Of a stretch of DNA of 64,000 bases, positions 38,494 through 47,737 are shown piece after piece. The notes under the pieces are model-generated. The model ran no database searches. It was not told the origin of the DNA and saw only the letters and a list, made by a program, of their open reading frames with translations. Origin of the DNA: an uncultured Gemmatimonadales bacterium (GTDB taxonomy: Bacteria; Gemmatimonadota; Gemmatimonadetes; Gemmatimonadales; Gemmatimonadaceae); assembly GCA_963793305.1 (NCBI GenBank), contig CAWBZV010000012.1, positions 1 through 64,000 of the forward strand. The letters run 5' to 3'. The translations under genes were made by a program, and so were the position numbers. How positions within the stretch are numbered: the first letter of the stretch is position 1; each line of letters starts with the position of its first letter.

Positions 38494-40884
38494 GTGCGCG
38501 CCCTACTGAATGACGTACGCGTGGCGATTCGGATACTCGCCAGATCTTGGTCGTTTTCACTGACAGTTATAGCGACACTAACGCTAGGTATTGGCGCCAG
38601 TATAGCGACTTTCAGCGTCGTTAGTGGTGTTTTGTTGCACCCGCTCCCGTATGCTGGCGCCGACCGCCTGGTGGTCCTGACCGGCGGCAACCGGGTCTCG
38701 ATTCCTGATGGCATTGATTGGCGCGAGCGCGGCCGGTCGTTCTCTGACATTGCCTTGTTCTTGAGCTCCTGGGATTTTGACTTGAGCGCGCCGGCCGAGC
38801 GCATTAATGGCGCCGTCGTCGAACCACGGTTCTTCCATGTGATGGGACTCCATGCCGAACGAGGGCGCGAGCTCGAGGCCGCCGACAACGTTGCCGGTGG
38901 TCCGCGGGTGGTCGTGATCGCTCATCGGCTCTGGGTGCGACGGTTCAACGCTGACACCGCGGTCGTCGGCCGCGCGATTCTGTTGAGCGGGAAACCCGCG
39001 ACGATTGTTGGCGTGATGCCCGACGCCGCTGATGTCTTCGAGGCCGGGGTCGATCTCTGGGGGGTCGAAGCGATCGAGACCCCCTGGGCGCGTGACAATC
39101 GCGGCACAAACAACTTCGACGCCATCGCCCGCCTCGCTCCGGGCGTCACGCTCGATGGCGCGCGAAGGGAGATCAGCGCGATCTCGCGGGAACTCGCCGC
39201 GCAGTATCCGGAGAGCAACGAAGGCAAGATCGCCGGCGCCACGCGACTCATTGATGCATTGGTGGGGCCGGTGCGCGCGCCGCTCGTGCTGCTGCTGGGT
39301 GCGATCACCCTGGCCCTGCTCCTCGCCAGCGCGAATCTCGCCGGCCTCTTGCTGGCGCGCGCCGAGACGCGCCGGGCCGAAATCGCGCTCCGGCGGGCGC
39401 TCGGCGGCGGGCGCGCCGCGATCATCCGGCAGCTCATGACCGAGGGATTCGTACTCGTCTCGGTCGGCACCGCGCTCGGGCTCGTCCTCGCGGCCGCCGG
39501 TCGCAGCGCGCTTGTGAGCGCCGCGCCTGCATCATTGCCGCGCGTCGCGGAAATTGGCATCGACGCGCGCGTGATCGCGTTCTCCGTCGCCCTCGCCGTT
39601 CTCACGGGTGTGTTGTTCACGCTCGGTCCCGCGATCGCGCTCGTGCGGGCGTCGCCGGCCGAGAGTCTCTCCGCCCGCGGCCAACTCGCGCCGCATTCGC
39701 GTAACGTGTTGCGTGGGCTCGTCGTGGCCGAATTGGTCGCGGGACTCGTGCTCGTCACCGGCGCGGCGTTGCTCGTTCGTAGTGTCGTGAGCCTCGAGCA
39801 CGTCGACCTGGGATTCGATCCCGCGGGCGTCGTCACCGCTGACCTCGTGCTGCCCGAAGCCCGCTACGGGACCCGCGCACAGCAGACCGCGGCGTTCCGC
39901 GCGGTCGTGCAGGCCCTCGTGACATTACCGGGCGTGGATGCCGCGGGCTCCGTCATCGGGGCGCCGCTCTCGGCGACCGGTCACGTTGGTCATACACTCG
40001 CGGTCGAAGGTCGTCCGCCATTGCCGGCCGGCGCCGATGGCGCAGCGGATCGCCCGGTCGTCGGGAGTTATTTCCGCGCGCTCCGGATCCCGATCACGGC
40101 TGGGCGTGCGTTCACCGAAGCGGATCGCGAGGAGACACTCCCGGTCACCATCGTCAATCATGCGCTGGCCGAGAGACTCTGGCCGGGCGCGTCGCCGCTC
40201 GGCGCCCGCATCAAATGGATTCGCGTCGACGGCAACCCGGGATGGATGACGGTGATTGGCGTCGCGGGAGATGTCGCTGGCAGCGATCCCGCGACCCCGG
40301 ACGAACCGGCCGTGTACATGCCCTACGCACAGCGGACCGAGACCTGGCAGCGATTCGGCACGCTCGTCGTCCGTGCGCGCGATGCCCGACGCGGCGCCGC
40401 GGCGCTCCGCGAGGCGATCGCGCGCGTCGACGCCGATGTGCCGCTGGCTCATGTGGGCTCGATGCTCGACCACAGGGGCGCGACGATCGCGCAGCAGCGC
40501 TTCGACGCGATGGCGCTCGCCGTGTTCGCGCTCGGCGCTCTGGTGCTCGCGGTGCAAGGCGTGTACGGCACGGTCAGCTATCTCGTCGAGCACCGCCGCC
40601 GCGAATTTGGCGTGCGGGTAGCGGTCGGGGCGACCAAGGGCGACGTGGTGCGCCTCGTCCTTGGCGACGCCGCGCGCGTCGCGCTGGTCGGCTTGAGTGT
40701 AGGATCTCTCGTGGCGCTCCTGGCGACGCGACTCCTCTCCGGGCTCCTGTACGGCGTGGCGCCCGATGACTTCTCCACGCACGTCGCTGCCGCCATCACG
40801 CTCGCCGCCGCGGCACTCGGCGGCGCCTACTTCCCCGCCCGGCGGGCGGCTCGCGCCGACCCCGCGACATCCCTCCGTCAGTAG
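38494..40884 (+). CDS. Duplicated MacB/FtsX-type ABC permease (ADOP-like orphan permease)
   Basis: TLTLGIGASIATFSVV, PLPYAGADRLV, ANLAGLLLAR, EIALRRALG, LGFDP, RRREFGVRVAVGA, PARRAARADP; ~800 aa; probable GTG start 38494; no ATPase gene adjacent. Confidence 0.9.
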   Translation: MRALLNDVRVAIRILARSWSFSLTVIATLTLGIGASIATFSVVSGVLLHPLPYAGADRLVVLTGGNRVSIPDGIDWRERGRSFSDIALFLSSWDFDLSAPAERINGAVVEPRFFHVMGLHAERGRELEAADNVAGGPRVVVIAHRLWVRRFNADTAVVGRAILLSGKPATIVGVMPDAADVFEAGVDLWGVEAIETPWARDNRGTNNFDAIARLAPGVTLDGARREISAISRELAAQYPESNEGKIAGATRLIDALVGPVRAPLVLLLGAITLALLLASANLAGLLLARAETRRAEIALRRALGGGRAAIIRQLMTEGFVLVSVGTALGLVLAAAGRSALVSAAPASLPRVAEIGIDARVIAFSVALAVLTGVLFTLGPAIALVRASPAESLSARGQLAPHSRNVLRGLVVAELVAGLVLVTGAALLVRSVVSLEHVDLGFDPAGVVTADLVLPEARYGTRAQQTAAFRAVVQALVTLPGVDAAGSVIGAPLSATGHVGHTLAVEGRPPLPAGADGAADRPVVGSYFRALRIPITAGRAFTEADREETLPVTIVNHALAERLWPGASPLGARIKWIRVDGNPGWMTVIGVAGDVAGSDPATPDEPAVYMPYAQRTETWQRFGTLVVRARDARRGAAALREAIARVDADVPLAHVGSMLDHRGATIAQQRFDAMALAVFALGALVLAVQGVYGTVSYLVEHRRREFGVRVAVGATKGDVVRLVLGDAARVALVGLSVGSLVALLATRLLSGLLYGVAPDDFSTHVAAAITLAAAALGGAYFPARRAARADPATSLRQ

Positions 40885-40899
40885 CGTATACTGCGCGCC

Positions 40900-42258
40900 G
40901 TGTCTCCGGCGCGCGCTGTGCTGATCCTCATCGCCGCGACGACGGCCGCGCGCATCGCGCTGGCGCTGACCGTCGGCCTCGGCGTCGATGAGTCGTACGC
41001 CGCCTCCGTCGCGCATCCCATCGCGCTCAGCTACTTCGATCATCCACCGCTGCATTTCTGGATCGCGGCGGCGGCCGAGTTGCACAGGGGAGCGAGTCCG
41101 CTGGCCGATCTGGCGGTTCGGTCGCCGTTCATCGCGCTATTCGCGCTGACGACGTGGCTCATGTACCTGGTCACCACGCGCGTGTTCGACGCCCGCGCGG
41201 GGATGTATGCGGCGCTTGCGCTCAATGTCTCGCCCGTGTTCAGCGTGAGCACCGGCGGTTGGGTGCTTCCCGACGGGCCCTTGATGTGCGCGTGGCTCGC
41301 GGCGGTGTACTGCGTCCTTCGCGCGGAGGACTCCCCCTGGTGGTGGCTGGGCGCCGGCGTCACCACGGGGCTGGCGCTGCTGTCGAAATACCACGGCGTG
41401 CTGCTCATGGGCGGGATTTTTATCTACTTGCTCATCGCTGCGCGCCAGTGGCTGGCTCGTCCGTGGCCGTACCTCGCGGCATTGATTGCACTGGCGATGT
41501 TCACGCCGGTTATCGTCTGGAACGCCGAGCACCAGTGGATCTCATTTGCGTTTCAACTCGGCCGCAACACCGAGTCCCACGCGCCCCGACTCCTGGCGCT
41601 CGCCGAGAATATCGGCGGTCAGGTCGCACTGGTCACGCCGTGGGTGTGGATACCGCTCATCATCTCCGCCTGGCACGAGCGCCGGTCGTCGCCGCTCTGC
41701 GCGATCCTCGGCGTCATTCCGATCGCGTTGTTCACACTCGCGTCGCTGGGCGGCAACCCGGGGCAGCCGCATTGGCCAGCGCCGGGCTATCTCATGCTGT
41801 TCCCATTCCTCGGGCATGCCGCGTCCAGGTATCCGCTGCGAACGCGCCACTGGCTCGCCGTGTCGGGATGCATACTGGCATTCGGGGTGACGGCCGTCGC
41901 CGTACTCCAACCGGTCGAGGACTTGATCGACTGGCGAGGCCTCGACGCGGCTGGCGAGGCGTTCGTTGCGGCGCCCAGTTGGATCCAGGCGGGCAAGGCG
42001 TCGTGGGCGCTGGGCCCCGATGTGCCCGTCATCTGTCTGTGCACGGCACCGCACCAGTTCGCCTTCACTCGCGACCAGGGCGAGTTTGTCGGGCATGATG
42101 CGATCATCGTGATGCGACCGAAGACCGCGGTGCAGATGTTGCCGCGGTATCAGCCGTATTTCGCGTCGATCACGCCGCTACGCGAGATGCACATCCACGG
42201 GACGCTGACGGTCGATCTGTATCTGGCGAAGAATTTTCAGAGACTGTTCCCGAGGTGA
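40900..42258 (+). CDS. ArnT/PMT family (GT39/GT83-like) membrane glycosyltransferase
   Basis: GVDESY, SYFDHPPL, LPDGPL, GLALLSKY, WNAEHQWISFAFQ, HWPAPGY; TATACT 7 nt before the GTG. Confidence 0.87.
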   Translation: MSPARAVLILIAATTAARIALALTVGLGVDESYAASVAHPIALSYFDHPPLHFWIAAAAELHRGASPLADLAVRSPFIALFALTTWLMYLVTTRVFDARAGMYAALALNVSPVFSVSTGGWVLPDGPLMCAWLAAVYCVLRAEDSPWWWLGAGVTTGLALLSKYHGVLLMGGIFIYLLIAARQWLARPWPYLAALIALAMFTPVIVWNAEHQWISFAFQLGRNTESHAPRLLALAENIGGQVALVTPWVWIPLIISAWHERRSSPLCAILGVIPIALFTLASLGGNPGQPHWPAPGYLMLFPFLGHAASRYPLRTRHWLAVSGCILAFGVTAVAVLQPVEDLIDWRGLDAAGEAFVAAPSWIQAGKASWALGPDVPVICLCTAPHQFAFTRDQGEFVGHDAIIVMRPKTAVQMLPRYQPYFASITPLREMHIHGTLTVDLYLAKNFQRLFPR

Positions 42259-44585
42259 AAGAGATAGGTGACTTTCACGAAGAAACTATCGGACGTGCGC
42301 GTCAGGCCGGTGAAGTTGAAGGCCCACGGCTCGGAGTAGGCGCCGCCGTACCCCAGAAAGAAGACCGTGCCCGGCGTTGGTTGATACGAAAATAAAAAGT
42401 TGCTACTGACGGAGTTGGACACGTAGTGCAGCGCCGGCGTATATGCCCCGGTGGTCGGATCGCGGATCACGATCGGATCATTCGTGCGTCCATCGTCCCG
42501 CAGATTGGCTTGCGCCGCCGAGTTGTACTGGCCGATGAAGCGAACGTAGATGGGCCGCGAGAGCTGGTAGGCGATCTCGAGGTAGGGCACGCGCTGCACG
42601 TAGACTTGCGTGTTGTCCGATCGCCGGACGTATTGATTCTGCGCGTAGATGAGCGAGATGCGCGCGCGATCGTTCGGGCGCCAATCGATCGTCGAGTTGA
42701 CGAAGAAGATCCACGCCGACGACCACTCGTAGAAATTGTCGTCGAACCCCGAGAGGATCTGCACGGACGCATCGAAGCGCTTCCAGTTCGGCGTGGCAAA
42801 CCCGGTGACGATGTCGAGGTTGGGCAGGTTCCCCGTCGTCTTCCCCGCATTGTACGGCACGGTGTCGTGACCCGCGACGTAGTAGTAGTTGGCGTAGAGC
42901 GTCGGGTCGTAGCCGTACGTCTCGACGAAGACATTCCCATACAGCTGCCACCCGCCGCGCAACGCGACGGTGTTGCTGAAGTGCCAGCGGACGTCCTCGC
43001 CGCGATGCAGCGCCTCGAAGTGATTGTAGACCCACGTGGTGACTTGGGCGAAGTCGAATGTGTAGCTCTGAAAGAGCCCGTCGGGTTTCCCGTAGAAGAT
43101 CAGCGCGTTGTCGAACGTCGTGTTGACGATGCCGGCGCGCGAGATGAACCCGTCCTGATCGACGAAGTGCGGATCGATGGCGTTGATCGCCCAGGTGAGC
43201 CGCAGGTGATGGCCGTTGCGCTCGAACAGCGCGTTCCACAAGCCGCCCAGTCCGCGGACCGAGTCGGAGTGCGTCGAGCTCATCACGCCTTGCAGGCGGA
43301 GATCGTAGATGCCACCGAACACGGTGCGGGTATCGATCCCGGCGACGTGATTGTACAGTGAGGCGTCTTCGCGATCGGCGCCGAGGAGGCCGATGGTCGT
43401 CCCGAAGCCGATTTCGCGGCGCGCGCGCAGGATGTTGACGTACGGGTGATCCTGTCCGGTCAGCGATGCACTCGATGCGTCGACGGCAGACAGGAGGCCG
43501 ACGCTCGCGCCGGCAAGCTCGCCGCTGACCTTGGCGGCGCCATCTGGTTGCAGGATGCGACGCGTGTACACCAGGCCTGACGGCGTGTCGAACTGCTCGA
43601 GCCCATCGAGGAAAAACGGGCGCTTCTCGGGGAAAAACAACGCATTGCGCGGGTCGTAGGATATCTGCGGAACGTCCGACTCGACTTGTGAGAAGTCGGG
43701 ACGTACGGTCCCATCCAATGTCAAATTGTCAGTAATTCCCCAGCGAACGTTGCCGCCGGGGTGGAGCGGCTGGACGCCGTACTTCCAGCCGTTTGGCCCG
43801 GGATTGCCGTCGGTCGTCGAGGTGAGCTCCGGATTGACGTTGAGCACCGTTCCGCGACTCAGACCGGTCAATCCTTCGAGCGTCCCCGATTGCGCGAGAA
43901 ATGACGCGGCGGCGAGTCGGGCTGGCGCCCAGGTGTCCTGAAAGCCGGAATGTTGGACCTGGCGCACGATGTTCAAGCGCCATTGTTGTTCACCGGACGT
44001 GAACCGGATGCTGGCAAACGGAATCTTGACCTCGACCTCGTAGCCGAAATCGGTCACGTGGCCCCGCGACTCCCACGTGTAATCGGTCGAGAAGTCCACC
44101 GTGTCGCGCGAGCTTGCGGCGGCGCCGAGGCCCGAACCACGGCTCTGCATGCCTTCGCTCAGGATACCATCGGCTTGAATGCCCAGCGGATTGACCCCGA
44201 AGACGTAGGCCGTCCGGTGGTCGTGCGACGTGTCGAGGATGATCTGCACGTAGTCGTCGGCCGCGATCTTGTCCCGGTCGGCGAGGGTCGCATGCACAGG
44301 ACCGTGGGCCTCGTACGCCCGAATGCCGAAGTAGATGGCGCGCTTCGAGTAAAAGACCAGCACGACGGTCGAGTCGGCGGCCGGAAGACCATCCACTGGA
44401 AGGAATTGCGAGAATCCCGTGAGGCGCGCCGCCTGGCCCCACGCGGGCTCGTCGAGCACGCCATTGACCGTGATATCGGCGTCGACGCGTGGCGCATGCA
44501 CCGTGACTTGGCCGGCCCGCCCGTCGTACACGGGCGCTGGCTCACCGTGCAAAACGGAGAGCAACGAGATGATAGAGGAGATCAC
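42237..44585 (-). CDS. CBM9-like + DUF5916 outer-membrane beta-barrel protein
   Basis: VNGVLDEPAW, FGVNPLGIQAD, EVKIPFASIRF, PDFSQVESD, FFPEKRPFFL, FFVKVTYLF; probable GTG start 44585. Confidence 0.82.
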   Translation of the reverse strand: MISSIISLLSVLHGEPAPVYDGRAGQVTVHAPRVDADITVNGVLDEPAWGQAARLTGFSQFLPVDGLPAADSTVVLVFYSKRAIYFGIRAYEAHGPVHATLADRDKIAADDYVQIILDTSHDHRTAYVFGVNPLGIQADGILSEGMQSRGSGLGAAASSRDTVDFSTDYTWESRGHVTDFGYEVEVKIPFASIRFTSGEQQWRLNIVRQVQHSGFQDTWAPARLAAASFLAQSGTLEGLTGLSRGTVLNVNPELTSTTDGNPGPNGWKYGVQPLHPGGNVRWGITDNLTLDGTVRPDFSQVESDVPQISYDPRNALFFPEKRPFFLDGLEQFDTPSGLVYTRRILQPDGAAKVSGELAGASVGLLSAVDASSASLTGQDHPYVNILRARREIGFGTTIGLLGADREDASLYNHVAGIDTRTVFGGIYDLRLQGVMSSTHSDSVRGLGGLWNALFERNGHHLRLTWAINAIDPHFVDQDGFISRAGIVNTTFDNALIFYGKPDGLFQSYTFDFAQVTTWVYNHFEALHRGEDVRWHFSNTVALRGGWQLYGNVFVETYGYDPTLYANYYYVAGHDTVPYNAGKTTGNLPNLDIVTGFATPNWKRFDASVQILSGFDDNFYEWSSAWIFFVNSTIDWRPNDRARISLIYAQNQYVRRSDNTQVYVQRVPYLEIAYQLSRPIYVRFIGQYNSAAQANLRDDGRTNDPIVIRDPTTGAYTPALHYVSNSVSSNFLFSYQPTPGTVFFLGYGGAYSEPWAFNFTGLTRTSDSFFVKVTYLFHLGNSL

Positions 44586-44704
44586 GCGACAGTATGAGGA
44601 ATGCGCGGTCGGAAGAACAGAGACCGATGTATACAAACAGAATACTAGGGTCCGGTCTCGTTAATCATTTGCTTCAAACAATTTATCGTCGCGATGTCCT
44701 ATTA

Positions 44705-44757
44705 TTGACAGTTCTTCCACCGCGCGTTACTGAATCCCTGACTTTATTAGAGGAGGA
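44705..44757 (+). promoter_or_regulatory. Candidate sigma-70 promoter and RBS of susC-susD
   Basis: Exact TTGACA at 44705-44710, weak -10 (TACTGA) 17 nt later, AGAGGAGGA before the GTG; AT-rich intergenic region. Confidence 0.45.
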
Positions 44758-44762
44758 TTGGA

Positions 44763-47735
44763 GTGAGACGATTAATAGTGAGATCGCTCGGGCTCCTAGG
44801 GCTGTTGGTGGTTGCAGGACCGGCATCGGCACAGGAGCCGGGTGCCCGTCTCGTGGGTCACGTGATCGACGTGGCTGACAAAGTGCCAGTCCCCGCCGCG
44901 CAGGTGTCCGTGACCGGTACCACGATCGGCGCGCTGACGAACGACAGTGGGATGTTCGCGCTCCGCTTGCCGAGCGATGCGAAATCGCTGACGGTGCGCC
45001 GTATTGGCTACCGCCAGACGACGATCGCGGTGACTGCCGGGCAGACCGAGATCACGATCGCGCTCGAGAAAGACGTGCTCAAACTCGAGCAACAGGTGAT
45101 TACGGGCGTCGCGACGACCGTTTCCTCTCGGAATTCGGCCAACGACGTGGCGGTGGTGAACTCGCAGCAAGTGAACGAAGTGCCGGCACCGACCGTCGAA
45201 AGCGCCCTCCAGGGCAAGATCGCCGGCGCCGTGATCCAGGAGAACAACGGCGGCGCGCCGGGCGGCGGACTCCAGGTGCAGATCCGCGGCATCACTTCGA
45301 TCAACGCGAATGCCGAGCCGCTCTACGTCATTGACGGCGTGATCGTCAACAACGAGACGGTCAACAACGACATCAACGCCATCAATAATTCCGGCGGTGG
45401 TCAGACCTCGACCGGCCAGAACGCCGCCAACGCGCCGAGCTTCGAGGACAGCGGTGTCAACCGCATCGCGGACATCAATCCCGCGGACATCGAGACGATC
45501 GAAGTGCTCAAGGGCGCGTCGGCGTCCGCGATCTACGGGTCGAAGGCGTCAGCCGGCGTCGTCGTCATCACGACAAAGCACGGCACGGCCGGCAAGCCGA
45601 AGTGGGACCTCTCGACCAAGGTCGGCCACTTCGAGGACGCGAACACCCTCCCGCTCCGGCAGTTCCCGACGCTCCAAAGTGCGCTCGCCTGGGGCGCCGA
45701 GTATGGCCATCCGGCCGACTCGATCAAGAAGTACTACGCGGGCCCGCAGAACTATCAAAGTCAGCTCTTCGGCAGCCAAGCGGCGTCGTACTCCGCCGAC
45801 CTGAGCGTCTCGGGGACGGCCGGTGCCACGCAGTACTTCCTATCGGGCAGCACGAAGTACGACAATGGCCTCGAGAACAACACCGGATACAACAAACAGT
45901 CGATCCGGTCCAACGTCGCACAGGAGCTCGGGTCCAACCTCAAGGTCTCGGCGAACCTGAGCTACATGCACGACCTCACGCGCCGCGGCATCACCGGGAA
46001 CGACAACATCGGCGTCAGCCCGTACAACGTGTTCTCGTATACGCCGCAGTTCGTGAAGATGAACGCGCAGAGCGCCAACGGCAGCTGGCCGTGGAACGGA
46101 TTCGGCCCGGCCAACCCGTTCGCCGATGCGGCCGAGATCCAGACGCCCGAGCAGGTGAGCCGCTTCATCGGCGGTGGGACGGTCGACTGGACGATCTTCC
46201 AGCAAGAGCACCAGTCGCTCAAGCTGAACATCCAAGGCGGGGCCGACTTGACGAGCGTCAGCGACCTGCTGTACGCGCCGCCCGACCTGCAGGTCGAGCA
46301 GCTGGAGCCCAGCGCTCTTCCGGGCACGTCAGTCTCGAACTCGGCGACCACGAACTACTTCAACTACGGGTTCAACCTCAGCCACACGTACACGGGCCTG
46401 TCGTTCCTCGAAGCCACGACCTCCGTCGGCTACAACCGCGATCGCCGGTCGACGCTCAATCCCGTGACGGTCGGACAAAATCTGCTGGCCGGCGTCAGCT
46501 CGCCGACCGTCGGCACCGTGCAGGAGAACTTCCTGTATCACACGGAGCAGTACGATCAGTCGTTCTATGGGCAGGAGCAGTTGCAGTTCCTGCAGCGCGT
46601 GACCGTCACGGGCGGCATCACCGCCGAGCGGTCGACCAGCGACGGATTCGTCGACCAGTGGTACTACTATCCGCGCTTTTCGGGCTCGTTCCTGGTGCCC
46701 GAGTTCTCCCACGCGGTCAATGAGCTCAAGTTCCGCGCGGCATACGGGCAGTCGGGCAACCTGCCGAACTACGGCGTCAAATACACGCCGTACCTCCCGA
46801 CGCAGGATGGCGGCTTGAATGGCCTCGGCGCGAACTCGCTGCATGGCGCCACGAACATTCGGCCGGAGTCGGAAACGGAGATCGAGGCGGGCCTGGACCT
46901 CACACTGTTCGACTCGCGCGTCCAGATCTCCCCGACTGTGTATCAGAAGCGCCTGACCGACCTGCTCCTGCAGGCGAGCGTCGCGCCATCGCTCGGATAC
47001 CAGAACCAGTGGTTCAACGGCGGCCAGTTCACGAACCGCGGTATCGAAGTCGCACTCACGATGACGCCGATCCAGATGAAGGGCGGCAGCTGGGTGTCGA
47101 CGACCACGTTCTATCGGAACTACAGCCGGGTCGACGCGCTGCCGACGACGCCCGGTCTGATCGGCAACACGTATGGATTCGGCGAAGGCTACGTGGCGGT
47201 CGGCCGGTCGGTGTCGGAGATCGTGAACACCGCGGCGAACCTCCCGAGTGGCTTGCCCGTGCAAGTCGGCGACTTCCAGCCGGCCTACCGGATGAGCTTC
47301 AGCAACGAGTTCAACGTCGGACCGTTCCGGCTCTTTGCGTTAGTTGATTGGAGCCGTGGCGGTCAAACCATCAACCTCACCGATCTCTACTTCGACGGCG
47401 GGCCGGGCCTGTGGGGCGACTCGGCGGTATCCGCGAAGCGGTTCGCCAGCTTCGCGGGCGGCGCCACCGCGTATGTCGAGCCGGCGGATTACCTCAAACT
47501 GCGCCAGGTGTCCTTCAGCTACTCGCTCCCCTCGCAGCTCTTTGCGTTCACGCACGGGCGCATCTCGAACGCCAAGCTCTCGATCACGGGCCGCAACCTC
47601 CTCGCGCAGTTCAAGTACGACGGCTTGGACCCTGAGCTCAGCACGAATGGAAACCAGACGGTGACTCGCGGCCAGGAAATCACGAACTACCCGCCGGCCC
47701 GCAGCTATTTCCTCGGCCTCGAACTCGGATTCTAA
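44763..47735 (+). CDS. SusC/RagA family TonB-dependent outer-membrane receptor
   Basis: Signal peptide, carboxypeptidase-regulatory-like N domain, LQGKIAG, IRGITS, PLYVIDGV, DINPADIETIEVLKGASASAIYGS, C-terminal LELGF. Confidence 0.95.
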   Translation: MRRLIVRSLGLLGLLVVAGPASAQEPGARLVGHVIDVADKVPVPAAQVSVTGTTIGALTNDSGMFALRLPSDAKSLTVRRIGYRQTTIAVTAGQTEITIALEKDVLKLEQQVITGVATTVSSRNSANDVAVVNSQQVNEVPAPTVESALQGKIAGAVIQENNGGAPGGGLQVQIRGITSINANAEPLYVIDGVIVNNETVNNDINAINNSGGGQTSTGQNAANAPSFEDSGVNRIADINPADIETIEVLKGASASAIYGSKASAGVVVITTKHGTAGKPKWDLSTKVGHFEDANTLPLRQFPTLQSALAWGAEYGHPADSIKKYYAGPQNYQSQLFGSQAASYSADLSVSGTAGATQYFLSGSTKYDNGLENNTGYNKQSIRSNVAQELGSNLKVSANLSYMHDLTRRGITGNDNIGVSPYNVFSYTPQFVKMNAQSANGSWPWNGFGPANPFADAAEIQTPEQVSRFIGGGTVDWTIFQQEHQSLKLNIQGGADLTSVSDLLYAPPDLQVEQLEPSALPGTSVSNSATTNYFNYGFNLSHTYTGLSFLEATTSVGYNRDRRSTLNPVTVGQNLLAGVSSPTVGTVQENFLYHTEQYDQSFYGQEQLQFLQRVTVTGGITAERSTSDGFVDQWYYYPRFSGSFLVPEFSHAVNELKFRAAYGQSGNLPNYGVKYTPYLPTQDGGLNGLGANSLHGATNIRPESETEIEAGLDLTLFDSRVQISPTVYQKRLTDLLLQASVAPSLGYQNQWFNGGQFTNRGIEVALTMTPIQMKGGSWVSTTTFYRNYSRVDALPTTPGLIGNTYGFGEGYVAVGRSVSEIVNTAANLPSGLPVQVGDFQPAYRMSFSNEFNVGPFRLFALVDWSRGGQTINLTDLYFDGGPGLWGDSAVSAKRFASFAGGATAYVEPADYLKLRQVSFSYSLPSQLFAFTHGRISNAKLSITGRNLLAQFKYDGLDPELSTNGNQTVTRGQEITNYPPARSYFLGLELGF

Positions 47736-47737
47736 CG

